A DNA stretch of 63,974 nucleotides, the filler included, from Octopus bimaculoides (lineage: Eukaryota), in assembly GCF_001194135.2 (NCBI RefSeq). It is 4 parts of 4 records of this genome, joined end to end, with 100 filler letters (N's around TTAATTAATTAA, not from the genome) between each part and the next. Parts side by side here need not be neighbours in the genome. Positions count along the whole stretch, not along the records: positions 31,119 to 57,757 come from NC_068984.1; positions 57,858 to 62,700 come from NC_068982.1; positions 62,801 to 63,974 come from NC_069006.1; 1 more part is not named here. One strand, 5' to 3'. The position numbers and the translations under genes were made by a program. Numbering within the stretch: position 1 is the stretch's first letter; each line of letters begins with the position of its first letter. Below, piece by piece: positions 48,969 to 62,869 of the stretch. Below the pieces are notes generated by a model. The model saw nothing but the letters and a program-made list of their open reading frames with translations. It was not told the DNA's origin and searched no databases.

Positions 48969-49060
48969 CATTATTATTATTCAGGTCACTGTCTGGAATC
49001 CAACTCGGAATCTTGGTGTTAGTAGCCTGCGCTCTTAACCACTACGCCATATGGTCATGG
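48830..49060 (-). mobile_element. Composite: tRNA-like head, (TAA)n, degenerate hammerhead
   Basis: Minus strand: GGCGTAGTGGTTAAGAGCGC...GAGTTGGATTCC (49048-48984), TAA tract, CTGATGATGGGTATATCAACCGAAAC (48877-48852). Confidence 0.6.
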
Positions 49061-50697
49061 GCAATTGTGGAGTGAATGTTAGGGCTTATAAGTCCAATAT
49101 TTTCCTATCCTTCCGGATATGCTATTCATATCTGCACTCAGTCTGCTTAGGAGGTTGTTGTGCCCATGTGCATGTACATTTACATCAAGTACTAGGTTTA
49201 GTAAATCAGCGTAATTCTATGGTATTAATGTTTAACAAAATTTCGAGATTTTAACCGATTATTTCGCACCTGTAACAACATGTACAGAGAGAAAGTAGTA
49301 CTTAAAATTATCTCTAGGAGATACCAGAATAAAAGAAAGTCTCAAAGAAAGCTAAGAAGAAAAAATAACCAAAGGATAAAGTATACTTGAAAATCACAGA
49401 AAATTATTTGGGAAAAGTTTTATACTAAATTAGAAGGAAGAGTGAGTTGAACTCAAAATTTACGTGATTATATTGTGATTTAAAAGTAACACTAATTGAT
49501 GCTATAAAATTTCCAAAAGGATCATTCTGCATAAAAGCGGTTGTCCAGTGCACGCTAGCATTCTTCAAGTTGTAAGTCAAATCTTCTGAAACAATTGACA
49601 TTATAACTGTAAGAAGGAAGTGACAAAGGAGAAAACTCCCGGAATTTTAGATAAACAGCAATTTAATGGAGATGTCATTAACAGAATTGAATTGATCCTT
49701 GACAACCATGCTAACATCTTCTGACATGTTTTGGTCTTATTAGTGCACCTAGGCAAAAACGTAGGCCATATACAACTGCCAAGTACGTAGAGTGACTAAC
49801 AGATATCGTATTTTGTATGAAAAATAGATGCAGCCTGTCGTGTGGAAGCTAGAGAGCCAAAAGTAGTGCATAATCAGTTGAAAGTGTAAGTTTAATGAGA
49901 AGGAAATTCATTAGCGTTAATAATAATTCATCCCAGAATCGTTATATTTCTATTTTATTATCAATTAATCAAAAATTAATTTCGGAAGACCACTTTAAGT
50001 ATGGTAGCCCGCATTTAACTAATTGATTATTATGTTCTGTTGTTACAGCAAAACTGGCTATACTTCTGTTTATGAAGAAAAGCCGAATTAAATGAAAAAC
50101 ATAGTTTATAGATGAATATTAAAAAGAAAGGACAATAATGAAAATTGATACGCAGGTACCTAAGAGAAAAATTAACATAATCAACTGTGCATGTTGTCAA
50201 AAACAAACTGCCTGACAATGTTTTTTGCTTTTCAACGAACTCAAAAGATAAGGGAAGACATTGATGCTGGATTTTGAGTTGAAGGAGATATGACATTACA
50301 TGGTAATGAAAGTTCAATTTATAAGCTGGTAAATGATCGATAAAATTACAAACATGGTTTTAACGTGACCTGAATCGCTACTGGCAAGTAGATGACAGGA
50401 AGGAAACCAGTGCAAATATCAGTATTTCAGCAGATTGATTAAGCAAATTCTACCATTTTCATAATATTTCTTAGTCTCGAGATTAGGTGATGCTTTTCTG
50501 CTTTATACAGTAATCTATAAATATACAACATAAATCTTTTATACGATTTCTATTTCAGTGAAAACATAGTAAGGCTGTAATGATAGCTGGTATGTGTTCG
50601 ACAATTATTCAGCGATTATGATACTATTACACTGCAATTCATGGCGTTTTAGACTCCGAAATTAATTTTATACGTATATAATAGTGGTGTATATGTT

Positions 50698-50789
<92 letters not shown>

Positions 50790-50804
50790 TATATNNNNNN
50801 NNNN

Positions 50805-50952
50805 CGCTTCGGCAAAAGTGTCCAATAGAGTAAGTACTAAGCTTAAGAAATAAGTGCTGGGGTCGATTTGTACGACTAAAAGCCCTTCAAGGTGGTGTTT
50901 CAGCATCGCCGCAATCAGATGACTGAGAGAAGTAAAAGAATAAAAGAATAAA
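50805..50952 (+). mobile_element. SINE family B tail
   Basis: TTCGGCAAAAG...TAAGTACTA.GCTTA...CTGGGGTCGATTTG..CGACTAAA...GATGACTGA...GTAAAAGAATAAAAGAA. Confidence 0.85.
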
Positions 50953-51104
50953 GGTTATATTGCGAATGCAAAGTTGTGACCGATGACGTTCTGAATGCAT
51001 AGTATATTCTAACATTGCTTTGTAATTCCCTTAATTTTACATACAAATAGCAATTCATCTTGTACTGTATTTATAAATTATAATCCCTTTAGTAGTTATA
51101 ATAT

Positions 51105-51255
51105 TTATTTCAAACTTTGGAACAGAGGTTTAATTGTCAGTCGATTACATCGAATCCAAAGTCGACCACGGCGGAATGTGAACTCAGAACTCAAAGACGG
51201 ACGAAATGCCTCTAAGAATTTTTGCTAGGCGTACTAAAGATTGTGGCACCTCGCC
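51105..51255 (-). mobile_element. SINE family A (tail type 3), internally deleted
   Basis: GTCGATTACATCGA...AAAGTCGACCACGGCGGAAT.TGAACTCAGAAC...GACGGACGAAATGCC. Confidence 0.8.
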
Positions 51256-51849
51256 GTCTTCTTGTAGTTATAATATAAACTCTTACAGATGTCTTGTGTT
51301 TGAAGGCACAATATATATTGGGTTAAGTTGAAAACTGCAGACGAATACCGCAAGCAAATATCGCAATAACTTACTTGTCAACGATGTACATACGTGAAAT
51401 ATGATACGTTGATTGTTATTTCAACTCTTTTCTGCTTGAGTTGCGTATACCATATCTTAACTCAGCCGAACTGTTATTCAAAATATCAGAGAATGTTTTA
51501 TTCACTGTTTCGTATACCGAGGACGACAAATTTCCCATTGGCATGCGACTGGCTGCGAGTGCAAGTCTTTGACAAGGCGGAACTTGGACGAAGTGCATCT
51601 GCCGTAACGACTAGCCGCTGCTGGAACGAGTTTTTTGTCACGGGTAAAAATTAAAACTCACTGGTAATATTACCAGTAACACCTCAACATTCTCATTTGT
51701 AACTGCTTACTATAACACGCGCCACCAACAAAAACTTCGGAAAGAAGTTGAAACGGTGAAATTCTAGAAATGGTGTTACTAGCATTTCTACACTCCAGCC
51801 TTTACTGGATCGCTTGACAGCCTACAAATAGCAATCAAATCATTTCCAA

Positions 51850-52060
51850 CGAACACCTTTAAAGGAAACATTAACGATATTTTGTGTTCACGCCAAATTT
51901 AAGTAAAAAATGGTAAGAGCAGAACACGATAATGTGCGTCACTCATTCGTGATTTTTTGGCGAAGAGTGAGATCACATTTGTACACCAACCGGTCCACTT
52001 CCCTGATCGTGCCCTTGAATATTTCTGTTCTTCATGTTGAAATCGCCTAACTCGAAAATT
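51850..52060 (+). mobile_element. Mariner transposase C-terminal remnant
   Basis: HDN, then DFLAKSEITFVHQPVHFPDRA (FLAK...HPPYSPDLAP motif). Confidence 0.6.
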
Positions 52061-53123
52061 CGTTCATTTCAGACTACAAGCGAAAAGAGAAATTCGCTAC
52101 AAAAACACTGCAATTTACCTTAAAGCGTGTCACCAAAATACAATAAACGTTTCGTTGTGCATCAAGATTATCCAAATTAATTTGAAGAATAATAGCCTCT
52201 ATTTTAGTGAGGCAATAAATGTGGACTTTTTAAACTCAGCATACTTTTCAACAAACACCGATTGTCTGTAAGCGTAGGTATTTTTGAAGGTATCTGGTAT
52301 AGCAGTTAGACCATTGGACTTACGATGATAAGGAGGTGCGTTCGATCTTTTTTAAAGACAGTGTGTTGTATCCCTAAGTATGGCGATTCATTTCAAGTCC
52401 CTCCTGGTTACAAAACTGTAAACGAATAGCAGCCAAGTGATGGTGCATCGCTCCTAACTTCCAGCTATCAAATCCCCGATATTTTATTGGCCCAAGGCTA
52501 TGAAGGACGAGTGTATTTGTGTGTGTGTGTGCGTGGTATGCATGTGTGTGTGTGTGGTGTGTGTGTTTATGTGTCTGCCTGTAACTACATAGAACCTAAA
52601 ACAATAAACAAATGCCTAATACATGTGTACATGAAGGCTTATAATAAATATTTCTTACTGCATCGCTGAATTTTTGCTGCTAGACTCATGTTTCCAGGGG
52701 ATAAATCAGAAGATTTACAATATATATATATTACCTCGAGACTCATAATAAAACAGAGAAATTTAATCAACTGACAACATTTTTTTTCTCACCCATGACT
52801 TAGATTCGCTAATTGGTCTGGTATTTAAAAACATATAACAATGATTAGATTCTATATCGATTAATTCTGAAGTACGCAGCAGAGCGTAATGATATGAATG
52901 TTTCTCACCAAAGTATCTTTCGACCCATGTTTGTGCAGTTTAGTTATTCCTTGTATCTTGTGTTATGCTTGTGTTTCTTTTTTCGCATTTTAATAAACAT
53001 CAAACACTTGTGTCACTCCAAAGTTGACATAGTCGGAAAATACTAGCTTTTGGAATTCTACATTGAGCTTTCATACACATTATGTCTCTCCTTATCTCTC
53101 TTACTCTCAGTATATGTAGGCAT

Positions 53124-53169
<46 letters not shown>

Positions 53170-53395
53170 NNNNNNNNNNNNNNNNNNNNNNNNNNNNNNN
53201 NNNNNNNNNNNNNNNNNNNNNNNNNNNNNNNNNNNNNNNNNNNNNNNNNNNNNNNNNNNNNNNNNNNNNNNNNNNNNNNNNNNNNNNNNNNNNNNNNNNN
53301 NNNNNNNNNNNNNNNNNNNNNNNNNNNNNNNNNNNNNNNNNNNNNNNNNNNNNNNNNNNNNNNNNNNNNNNNNNNNNNNNNNNNNNNNNNNNNNN

Positions 53396-53465
<70 letters not shown>

Positions 53466-53586
53466 TATAAATGTATATTTATATGTGCGTATGTACATAC
53501 ATATTTACATATACAAGTATATATATATGTGTGCATATATATATTTGATACTTAGATAAATATGTATATATATGTGTGTGTGTGCT

Positions 53587-53617
<31 letters not shown>

Positions 53618-53885
53618 ATAAATACATATATACTCATTGATAGATATATCACAGTCCTATATACTTCTATATGTATCATATGTTCACCTAGCAATATCTA
53701 CAGTATTTTACATTTCTGTTGGCCAACATTGGAAAAATTTACATAAGACGCAGCTGTTGATATTTGTTATCGTCAGATCTAAGGTGGTAAGGTTATATTG
53801 ATCGTTGGTAGGATGTCACTGATAAGAAAGCCAGGGCGATAAGTGAGCTTTGGTGTGATAAATTTAAAGATTAAAATTATTGAAA

Positions 53886-53948
53886 ATACTACGACCACTA
53901 CAACTAATACTAATGCGACTACTATTACCAGTACTACTGCTGCTGATG

Positions 53949-53998
<50 letters not shown>

Positions 53999-54045
53999 GC
54001 CACTACTACTGCTACTACTACTACTACCACTGCTACTGCTACTAT
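53886..54045. repeat. (CTA)n trinucleotide array
   Basis: Visible; generates the spurious poly-Thr, poly-Val and poly-Leu ORFs. Confidence 0.95.
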
Positions 54046-55602
54046 TTGACTTATCATGTTTCCTATCTAGTGTCTTTGAACTTTTTGTTCCACATCCCTT
54101 GTCATGTCATCTATTAATTCCTTCCTGCAAGCCATCCAACAGCTGCAGTTATTGATGTTGTTGTTTAAGGAATAGTCGGGTCTGATTTATTTGGCTTATG
54201 AGTACAGGTATTCATGAAATTACTAGTGTATCTATTACTACATTAAACAATGTGACTTTCTCATTCAAAGATAATTTGTATATGAATTACGTATAGTGTG
54301 TGTTTTAGAATACTGCATTTTATTTCGAAATCTTGACAACCACAGTTGTTGTTGTTGTATTATGATGATGATGATGATGATGATTTTGTTGTTGTTGTTG
54401 TTGTTGTTGTTTAACCCTTGGTCAACCTAATTCAGCAAATCTGAGGTTTATGTTATCCCATCCGACACGATCCGATTTCTGTGATTTGAGTGATATTTGG
54501 CTGTTTTTTTTAGTACACTAACCAACAACATTGAAGCTCCTTTAGGTGTTATGAAAACCTGCGAGTTGATATGCGAAGCAGTGATTGGGAGTTAACAAAC
54601 TTAACACCCATTCTAATATTTTGAGAGATATTTTAACCGGTAAAAGGCTTTCCACTGCTGTTTATCTCTTATACATATACTGGTCTTAGGTTTGCTTACT
54701 TTCAGTCACTGCTTCACGTATCTTCTTGCGAATTTATTCCGGCCTGATGGCCAATATGCTCTGTCACTCAATAAAAGTAACTTATAAAGGATTTTTTATA
54801 AGTCAGGTCAGAGCTATCTCACTTTGGTAATAAGATATTGGTACTGAGAAAGCTGGAGTTCAAAATACAGTCATCAGCCCAATAGGAATTCTGAGCTGAC
54901 TATGATGTTTTGAAATCGTTTTGTTATAAGCGAGAATTTTGCACCGTGACACACTTCAATGAAAAGCATTTTACGGATGCAAAAGTTTCTCAGACTAATT
55001 TGTATCGGTCTTAATTTTCGTTGATTTTTTTCTATTACGCTTGTTTCCATGAGCTAGATTAGGATTTTTACTATATGTGTATTACCTCGAGACTCTTAAA
55101 AAGACAGAGAAATTTAACCAAGTAACATCATTTTGTTAAAACAATGCCAAAAGTTAAATTTACAATACCCTGTGTATCAAGCTATTGTTCGTGTTTTACG
55201 ATGCGAGGCAGAAACTCTAGAAGCAATTGTCATGTATCGTCTTAACAAAGGAAGAATACATTGACATATAAATATATTATCCATATCAATAGATATGACT
55301 ATACTTAAAGACGGGATGGTCGAAGCGGAAATGTCATCAATCAGACTTCTGGTAAATCATTTTTGACTCGGGACTAACCTAAAAGTTATCGCCAAAGTCA
55401 CCACTACCACCAACAACAACAACAGCGACAAGAGGAGTAATAGCAGCAACGTAGACTTGTCATATCTTTCGTAAAGTTTACTTCCCGAAAATTTACGCTC
55501 TTAGAGCGCAAGACTAAAGAAAAAGGTAGATGAAAACTAATATTCTGAAAGGGATAGAAAGTGATGCCCAGGTGTCGAAGGCTTTCGGAAACAGGTCGTG
55601 GC

Positions 55603-55633
<31 letters not shown>

Positions 55634-57228
55634 NNNNNNNNNNNNNNNNNNNNNNNNNNNNNNNNNNNNNNNNNNNNNNNNNNNNNNNNNNNNNNNNNNN
55701 NNNNNNNNNNNNNNNNNNNNNNNNNNNNNNNNNNNNNNNNNNNNNNNNNNNNNNNNNNNNNNNNNNNNNNNNNNNNNGAATCTCTGTTTCTTTTCAGCCT
55801 GATCGTAATGTAACCATAATCCTCAGAACCCTATACAAAGTTGCCCACTGTCATAGGTGAACGTGTATGTGGTTCTGTTAATTACAGCTTAATGGTAAAA
55901 TTCAAAAGTCTTCGTTTTGGCGCGCTAATTCCGGGAATATGCATGCAGAAAAATATTTACTGCGTCGCATATATCAAGTTTGAGAACTTGGTAATGGTTA
56001 ATTCAATTAAAAACATAGGGTAAAAATCATATATTAATTAATATCGATTTATTACCAGGAAGCTAGCACATTTAAAGAATCAAAGAGATTCAGAAACAAT
56101 ATCTGCGATCTCAGGGGATTAAAGTATATTTTTATATACACACCTTGCACTCTACTTCAATAGAGAAATCTGCTTCCAAGCCTTTGAACATTTTTTCAAT
56201 CAACATATCCCTCTATATTTCTCCTTTATTCGTTCTCTACTTATTATTTCTTTACCCTTTCTATTCCTATGGTCTACCTCGATGTTAGATCTACTAACGG
56301 TTATTTCTAAAATACTTAATAGCGTTCTGTTTATCATTTATGCAGTCATCAAAATTATTATAATCCTTGTTGTTGAGATTGGTTCTCTTTCTTTTCTGAT
56401 GGGATTGTTGTCTTATTTTCTCCACTTTAAATATACACAGTCACACTAATGGTCACATGTATACCTATATACAGTCACACACGCAAACACACTGAAGCAG
56501 ACACGTATATACGCCCATGAGGATATATACATTTATGTGCGGTGTGTACTCACACACACGCACACACACACACACAATCACCCAATCCGGTTTTGTGCTT
56601 TGTTCCTGTTCCTTTTTTTTTTGACGTCCTGTACCTGGATATACATCTATATATACATGTAGATGTAGATATGTACATATATGTATGTATACATGCATAT
56701 GCTCATATTTCATTTGTATCATTATGTATGTATACGTGAGTTTATAGTCTACGTATACTACATAGAAAATTATAGTATACTACTGTATATTATAAATTTC
56801 AGTTTTAAATATATGGCATTTCTGAAGTATATACAATGAGATATGATGGTACTCTCTTATGTTCTATTTTAAGTCTGGTTGTGATATAATGTAACCTTTA
56901 TTCATGAATACTAATCAAAAATTAACAAAAACAAAATCTACTACCTTAAAATTTCGAATGCAAATTAAATCAAGTGCAGTATAGCAAGGAAAATACCGAT
57001 CATATATCACTAGTTATAATATATATGAAGTAATTTTGAAGATGGGAATTTTGCTTTCAATTCCATTATGTTAATGTAGCTGGTTGTAACCCATTTACAC
57101 GCAAGAAGAAATAACGCCTACATAAAGAGACTAATAAAAAATATTTCAACATACTGAAAAATGTACACATATGCAGATATGATTTACAGATACACACACA
57201 TTTAGTATATATAAGTGTGTGTGTGTGA

Positions 57229-57278
<50 letters not shown>

Positions 57279-57757
57279 GTGGGTAGGTATTTGTGACGGA
57301 ATTTACATTTCATTTGCACCACAAATATATAGTATGTACAACTCCGTGTATATTCTTGCATATCTAAATGAAGATAGTGAGGAAGGGTCTCGGAAACTGG
57401 ATAGGTCAAAGAGTACAAACATTAAACTAATATGTACAATATGTATAAATGTGGGTATGTGTGTGTGCTTTTGTATGTGTGTGCTTGTGAGTGTGTATGA
57501 AAACCTACATATTATGCAAAACTACTGTGAGTAAACTGTTGTATCTTAAACATAACATAGTTGATACATTTTGATTTTCTTTTAAATACATTTATTTTAG
57601 GATGGGACTGCGTGTTTATTTTTCCTTTTATGCAAGCTGTCAGATTTTGACCAAAAACCTTATGTATAGCATAGCAAAACACGGTATTTCATAGGTTGTC
57701 GCCCATTTAAGATCGTTATGAATATATATATATGTGTGTGTATATATATATATATAT

Positions 57758-57857
57758 NNNNNNNNNNNNNNNNNNNNNNNNNNNNNNNNNNNNNNNNNNN
57801 NTTAATTAATTAANNNNNNNNNNNNNNNNNNNNNNNNNNNNNNNNNNNNNNNNNNNN
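57758..57857. other. Artificial join: 44 N + TTAATTAATTAA + 44 N
   Basis: Same 100-bp structure as 31019. Confidence 0.9.
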
Positions 57858-57936
57858 TTTTTTTTTTTTTTTTTAGAATTTTAGAAGATGAACATGATTT
57901 TTTTTTTGTTTTTTTTCTTTTGTAACTAACCAAACG

Positions 57937-59082
57937 AGCAGAAAAATTTATTGCAACATAATTTTCTAAAATCGCTGTGGTTCGTAAGAAACATGGCCGA
58001 TGGCAAAACATATGAAGGTATTCAGTAATCGGCAGAACAATGAAATCTTCATATCGATGTTGTGACGTCGAGATAGCTTTAAATGCTAGATTTCTGCCAC
58101 AAAGACAGAATAGAGATAATTCGAAGCAAATCTATCGCGAGTAATTACGTTGTAGTTAACACACACACAGACACATACACACACACGCTCTCACACACAC
58201 AGATAGACAGATAAATAGTTATGTATACATACATACATACATACATACATACATACATACATACATAAACACACATGTACTCACACAAACACACACATAC
58301 ACATATATTGCTTGTAATTTCATCGCCTGGTAATTTAATCGTAAGTGAATTTATCATTATACTTTTTATCCGCAGAGTAAATACAACACTAAACGTTATT
58401 TTAAATGTTTAATCAGAGATAAAAACATAATATATCGTAAATTCAATAAATTCAAAGACAAAAATATTACCTCCTAGAATCTGAAAACTTTTAGACATCT
58501 CGAAAAAAAAAAATTAACAAAGGAACGAAGTAACAATCGAATAATCTAACGCCAACTCAGAAATTCCGCATTGCAAAGAGAATTATAAAGTGCAGCGAGC
58601 ATTCATAGCATCGTCATTGAATGTCAAGAACAAAAGTTACTGAATTATTAAAGAAACAGTGTTCATTTATTGTCTTTAAAGATGTTTCTTCCTTCTGCCA
58701 ATTTAAGTGTATTATCATTTGATTATATTTTTTTAAATTTCTACATTTAAAAATAACTTTGATTTTTTTTTTCAGGTAAATATTGAGTAAATTTGATATC
58801 AATATTTTTTTCTGTCTTTGAATTTCTTTTTCGTTGTGAATGAAATGCTAAGTAATTTTCTGCACAAATAAAAACTTTAATGCATAGCGATGTATTTATT
58901 GTGCGGATAAATAGTATAACGATGAATTTACCGACGTATGTGACATAGCGATAAATTTATTGACGATATAGTGGATCTCCATGGAAATACTTTGCGATGG
59001 ATATTATAAGTTGTAATTATCATATTGTCACGAATTTATAGTGACGAATGTATCAGACTCCATAAAGTTATTGTCTGAAGCA
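57937..59082. mobile_element. Decayed foldback/MULE-like element with long imperfect inverted arms
   Basis: 58347-58384 vs 58892-58929 (32/38 as reverse complement) and 58448-58468 vs 58801-58825; outer boundaries uncertain. Confidence 0.45.
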
Positions 59083-59298
59083 TTGCAAAAAGATAATTAT
59101 ATATTTAAGCTAAACTTGGAATGAAATTCTACAGGAAATTCTCCTTGACAATATAACCATTTTGTATGGGTCAGTCACATGAGGAAAGGCAGGTCTCCTT
59201 ATCTCTTTGCAGAGCCTCCATAACTCATGGATTTAGCTCTGCCCAGAGCAAATCAGTGAACAGACATATAACCGCCATGACCCTCTTATCTTTTTGTA

Positions 59299-59349
<51 letters not shown>

Positions 59350-60061
59350 ATATATATANNNNNNNNNNNNNNNNNNNNNNNNNNNNNNNNNNNNNNNNNN
59401 NNNNNNNNNNNNNNTATATATAAAGACGGTTTGATGTACTTTTGCGAATATTAGCAGCTATTCCCAGCAGGTTAAGCAGGTTAAGCGTCCATCAAAAGGA
59501 CTCTCGTTAACTTGTACATTTAGCTGCTATTTCTGATAGATAACTTGACCACGTCGTAGCCTCGACTTTGGCTTCAGGAAACAGTGGTAAAACTAAATTA
59601 CTGTTACCTCCTCAATGTTTAGAGCAAGAATTTCTAATGTGCAATAAAACTATTTTTAATCATATTTTGAACTGTAAACATTGATTTTTCTCGACAGTTT
59701 TTACGTGACTGTAGCTCAGACTATTTTAATTACATAAAATAAGCCGAATTTAATCATTTAGGTTATTTACAATGTCAACAACCGGTATTTTCTAATTCCA
59801 ATGTTTAGAATAATTGTGTCTAGCACGATAAACTATATTTTATTACCTTACATAATTTGACAATGCTAATATTTTCAACCTTCGTTCTAAAAATAACTTA
59901 CTTAAAATATCTTCTTGATAACTATCTGCTATTATCAGTACTATGAAAAAATGTGATATATTGTCCAATCCACCAACTGTGCAATTGTCCCTTTTCTGCA
60001 ATTGTTTCCTTGTCTTACTACGATTTTCGCTAATACATTTCTAGCCCATCCAGCATCCTAT

Positions 60062-60277
60062 TATTAATTTCAAATTTTGGTACAAAGCCAGCAATTTTGA
60101 GGGTAGGGGTAAGTCGATTATATCGACCCCAGTGCTCAACTGGTACTTATTTTATCAACCACGAAATGATGAATAGCAAAGTCGACTGCAGCGGGATTTG
60201 AACTCGGAACGTAAAGACGGACGAAATGCCGGTAAGCATTTTGTCTGGTGTGCTAACAATTCTGCCAGCCTGCCACC
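60062..60277 (-). mobile_element. SINE family A (tail type 3)
   Basis: TTTCAAATTTTGG..CAAAGCCAGC...GTCGATTATATCGACCCCAGTGCTCAACTGGTACTTATTTTATC. Confidence 0.9.
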
Positions 60278-60925
60278 TTTCCGCATCTTATTATTGCTCA
60301 TCAACAGATTTTTCTTCCTTCATTGCGACCATTCTATCTTCTCCTTATTAACTCCTTTTCTTTCTTTGAATTTTTCTCTTAACTTCACAGTTACTTACTC
60401 TTTCTTTTCCTTTTCTTTATCTTTCTTTCTGTCTCCCTGTCTTGATCTTACTTCGTTCTCATAACTAGCTACTGACCTAATATTTTCCTTTCATTCCGCC
60501 TTTTTTTTCTTTATCACGGTAGTCACTAAAGTTGCACGTTCTTCAGTTTCTCTCCATCCATTCTGTTTGTAATGCGACGAAAATCATCTTTTACCCCTTC
60601 GCACGAGCACCTGGTGAGCCTCTTGTTTTCCTTCCAGTCAAATGACCGAAATATATACACATTTATTGGACTCTTTTACACGTATCTCTCAGTAGTTCTC
60701 TCTTTCACCCGTTTGTTGTCTTCTATGTTCCAAGTCTTTATTGTTGTTTCTCACCTCAGTGATAATTACTATTACTCGTACAGCCAAAGAGTAACTCCGT
60801 GGAATTAAAAACTTAGAACACAAAGGCGCCAAGACTACATTGATTCTAGTCGTTCTGGTTGACGAGAGATTTTCCATGTTTAAGTGTCCTTTTCAGTTGT
60901 TTCCTTGTCTGACATTGATTTTCAC

Positions 60926-61044
<119 letters not shown>

Positions 61045-61179
61045 CACACACATGCACACACGTGTGAGGAAGAATTGAAAGCAGCAATCAACATGTTTAT
61101 ATGGAATTACGCATACATACATGTATACATATAAAAATATCTACATCAGTCTGTAGCACTTAGAGGCACTGTAATCTCT

Positions 61180-62400
61180 AGCTTTGCGGAGTGGACACTT
61201 TTCAGTAGCAACAGTTTTTTTGCTTTCAGCTACTTGGACTGCGGGTGCGATTTTGGATAAGCGTGTACCAAAAACGAACCAACCAAAATGTTGAGCTAGA
61301 CACAAATTTTTTAGGCACTTCTCGAAGCCTTTTTTTCGCTCTGGAACGGAGCTCTTTCCCTGAAAAGTTCTCCGTAGAGAAAATCATTTGTGATGAGGTA
61401 TGCTAACTTCTGACTGGCATGATCAGCCTTTTCCATCTGAGCCTTCTAGCAGAATGTGCAGATGATCAGGATGTCAATTTGCTAAAATATATAGTGTCAG
61501 GGATTTTGTCCTGCCGACACATGTATAAAATACTGGAGGTAATGTCTTATTGAATGTGTTTACATGCCTCACACATCTATCGACTGCAAAGGATACACAA
61601 GTTTCTTTTGCTTTAGTGACGGCTTGAAGGCAGATAGTATTAGTTATACAATTTACCATTAATACGTTACCTGAAGCATCTGCAAGTACTGCCAAAAGTA
61701 TCTTGTTGAAGAGTGTGGGAGCTTGGATCCAGCTTTGATGTGATTTGTTACTGGGAAGCATAAGATGCTTCTCAGCCGAATTGTTGAACTGCTGGGATGA
61801 ATTTGCTAAGTCGAGAAAACAACTCCGTGATCTTCTACTAGCAGTTTCTCCTGATCATGTCGAAAGCGTTCGTCATGTCGATAAAGATGTACAGATCCTA
61901 GGGCTGCGCGTGACATTCACCTGGAGTTTATGTGTTACAAGCTGCATGTTTACAGTCCCACGACCGGCACAGATTAACGAACCGAAACTACGCTGACTCG
62001 CTTTGGTTGACGAGAGATGTTCCACGCTTTAGTGTCCTTTTCCCGCTGTTTCCATCTTTCTCTGGGAGCAAGCTTTGTTCTAAGTGTTTCAGCAGACTAT
62101 TGAAAGGATTTAATGACAGATCCAGTGAGGGAGATTTTCCTACGATTATATTCCACAACAGGCATTTCTTCTGAGCACAAATGAGGCTGCCCTTCCCTTT
62201 GTGCTCTGAGCATTTTGACGAAGAATTCCGATGGTAATGTTACCCCAATCACATTGACCTACTAGAGGCAGTGATACACGCCGACAGATCTGCAAGCGTT
62301 GATAATGGGTTTGGGAACTACTGTTCCAAATAGACTGCAAGGCATTCATGAGAGAATATGGAAAAATATTTGAGAAAATCATACATCTATGACACTGTCG
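61180..62400 (-). mobile_element. Decayed RTE (BovB-like) LINE reverse transcriptase and C-terminus
   Basis: HKGKG, NSLLKHLEQSLLPE, DLYIFIDMTNAFD, APTLFN, LRW...FLYGEL..GKR. Confidence 0.85.
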
Positions 62401-62649
62401 CGTTTTCAATACGACAAACACGCATAAATAAATACACACGTACATGAATACATACATACATACATACATATATACATACATACATACATACATACATACA
62501 AACTTACATACATACATACGTACATACATGCATGCATACATATGCACACACAATTTTTAACAAGGAAATCATTGAAAGTGTCAGCTTCCTCACTTTCCTC
62601 AGACTATACACACACACATACACATATATATATATATATATACATATAT

Positions 62650-62700
<51 letters not shown>

Positions 62701-62800
62701 NNNNNNNNNNNNNNNNNNNNNNNNNNNNNNNNNNNNNNNNNNNNTTAATTAATTAANNNNNNNNNNNNNNNNNNNNNNNNNNNNNNNNNNNNNNNNNNNN
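62701..62800. other. Artificial join: 44 N + TTAATTAATTAA + 44 N
   Basis: Same 100-bp structure as 31019. Confidence 0.9.
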
Positions 62801-62831
62801 ACAAGCCTTCTGTAGTTTTTGCACTCTTGTT

Positions 62832-62869
<38 letters not shown>

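Noticed and set aside
51660-51677. 18-bp perfect palindrome ACTGGTAATATTACCAGT
   Set aside because: Isolated, AT-rich, with no associated feature; plausible by chance in 64 kb
53843-54049. Mucin-like poly-Thr ORF and its poly-Val/poly-Leu counterparts
   Set aside because: Entirely explained by a (CTA)n microsatellite; no splice or signal-peptide context
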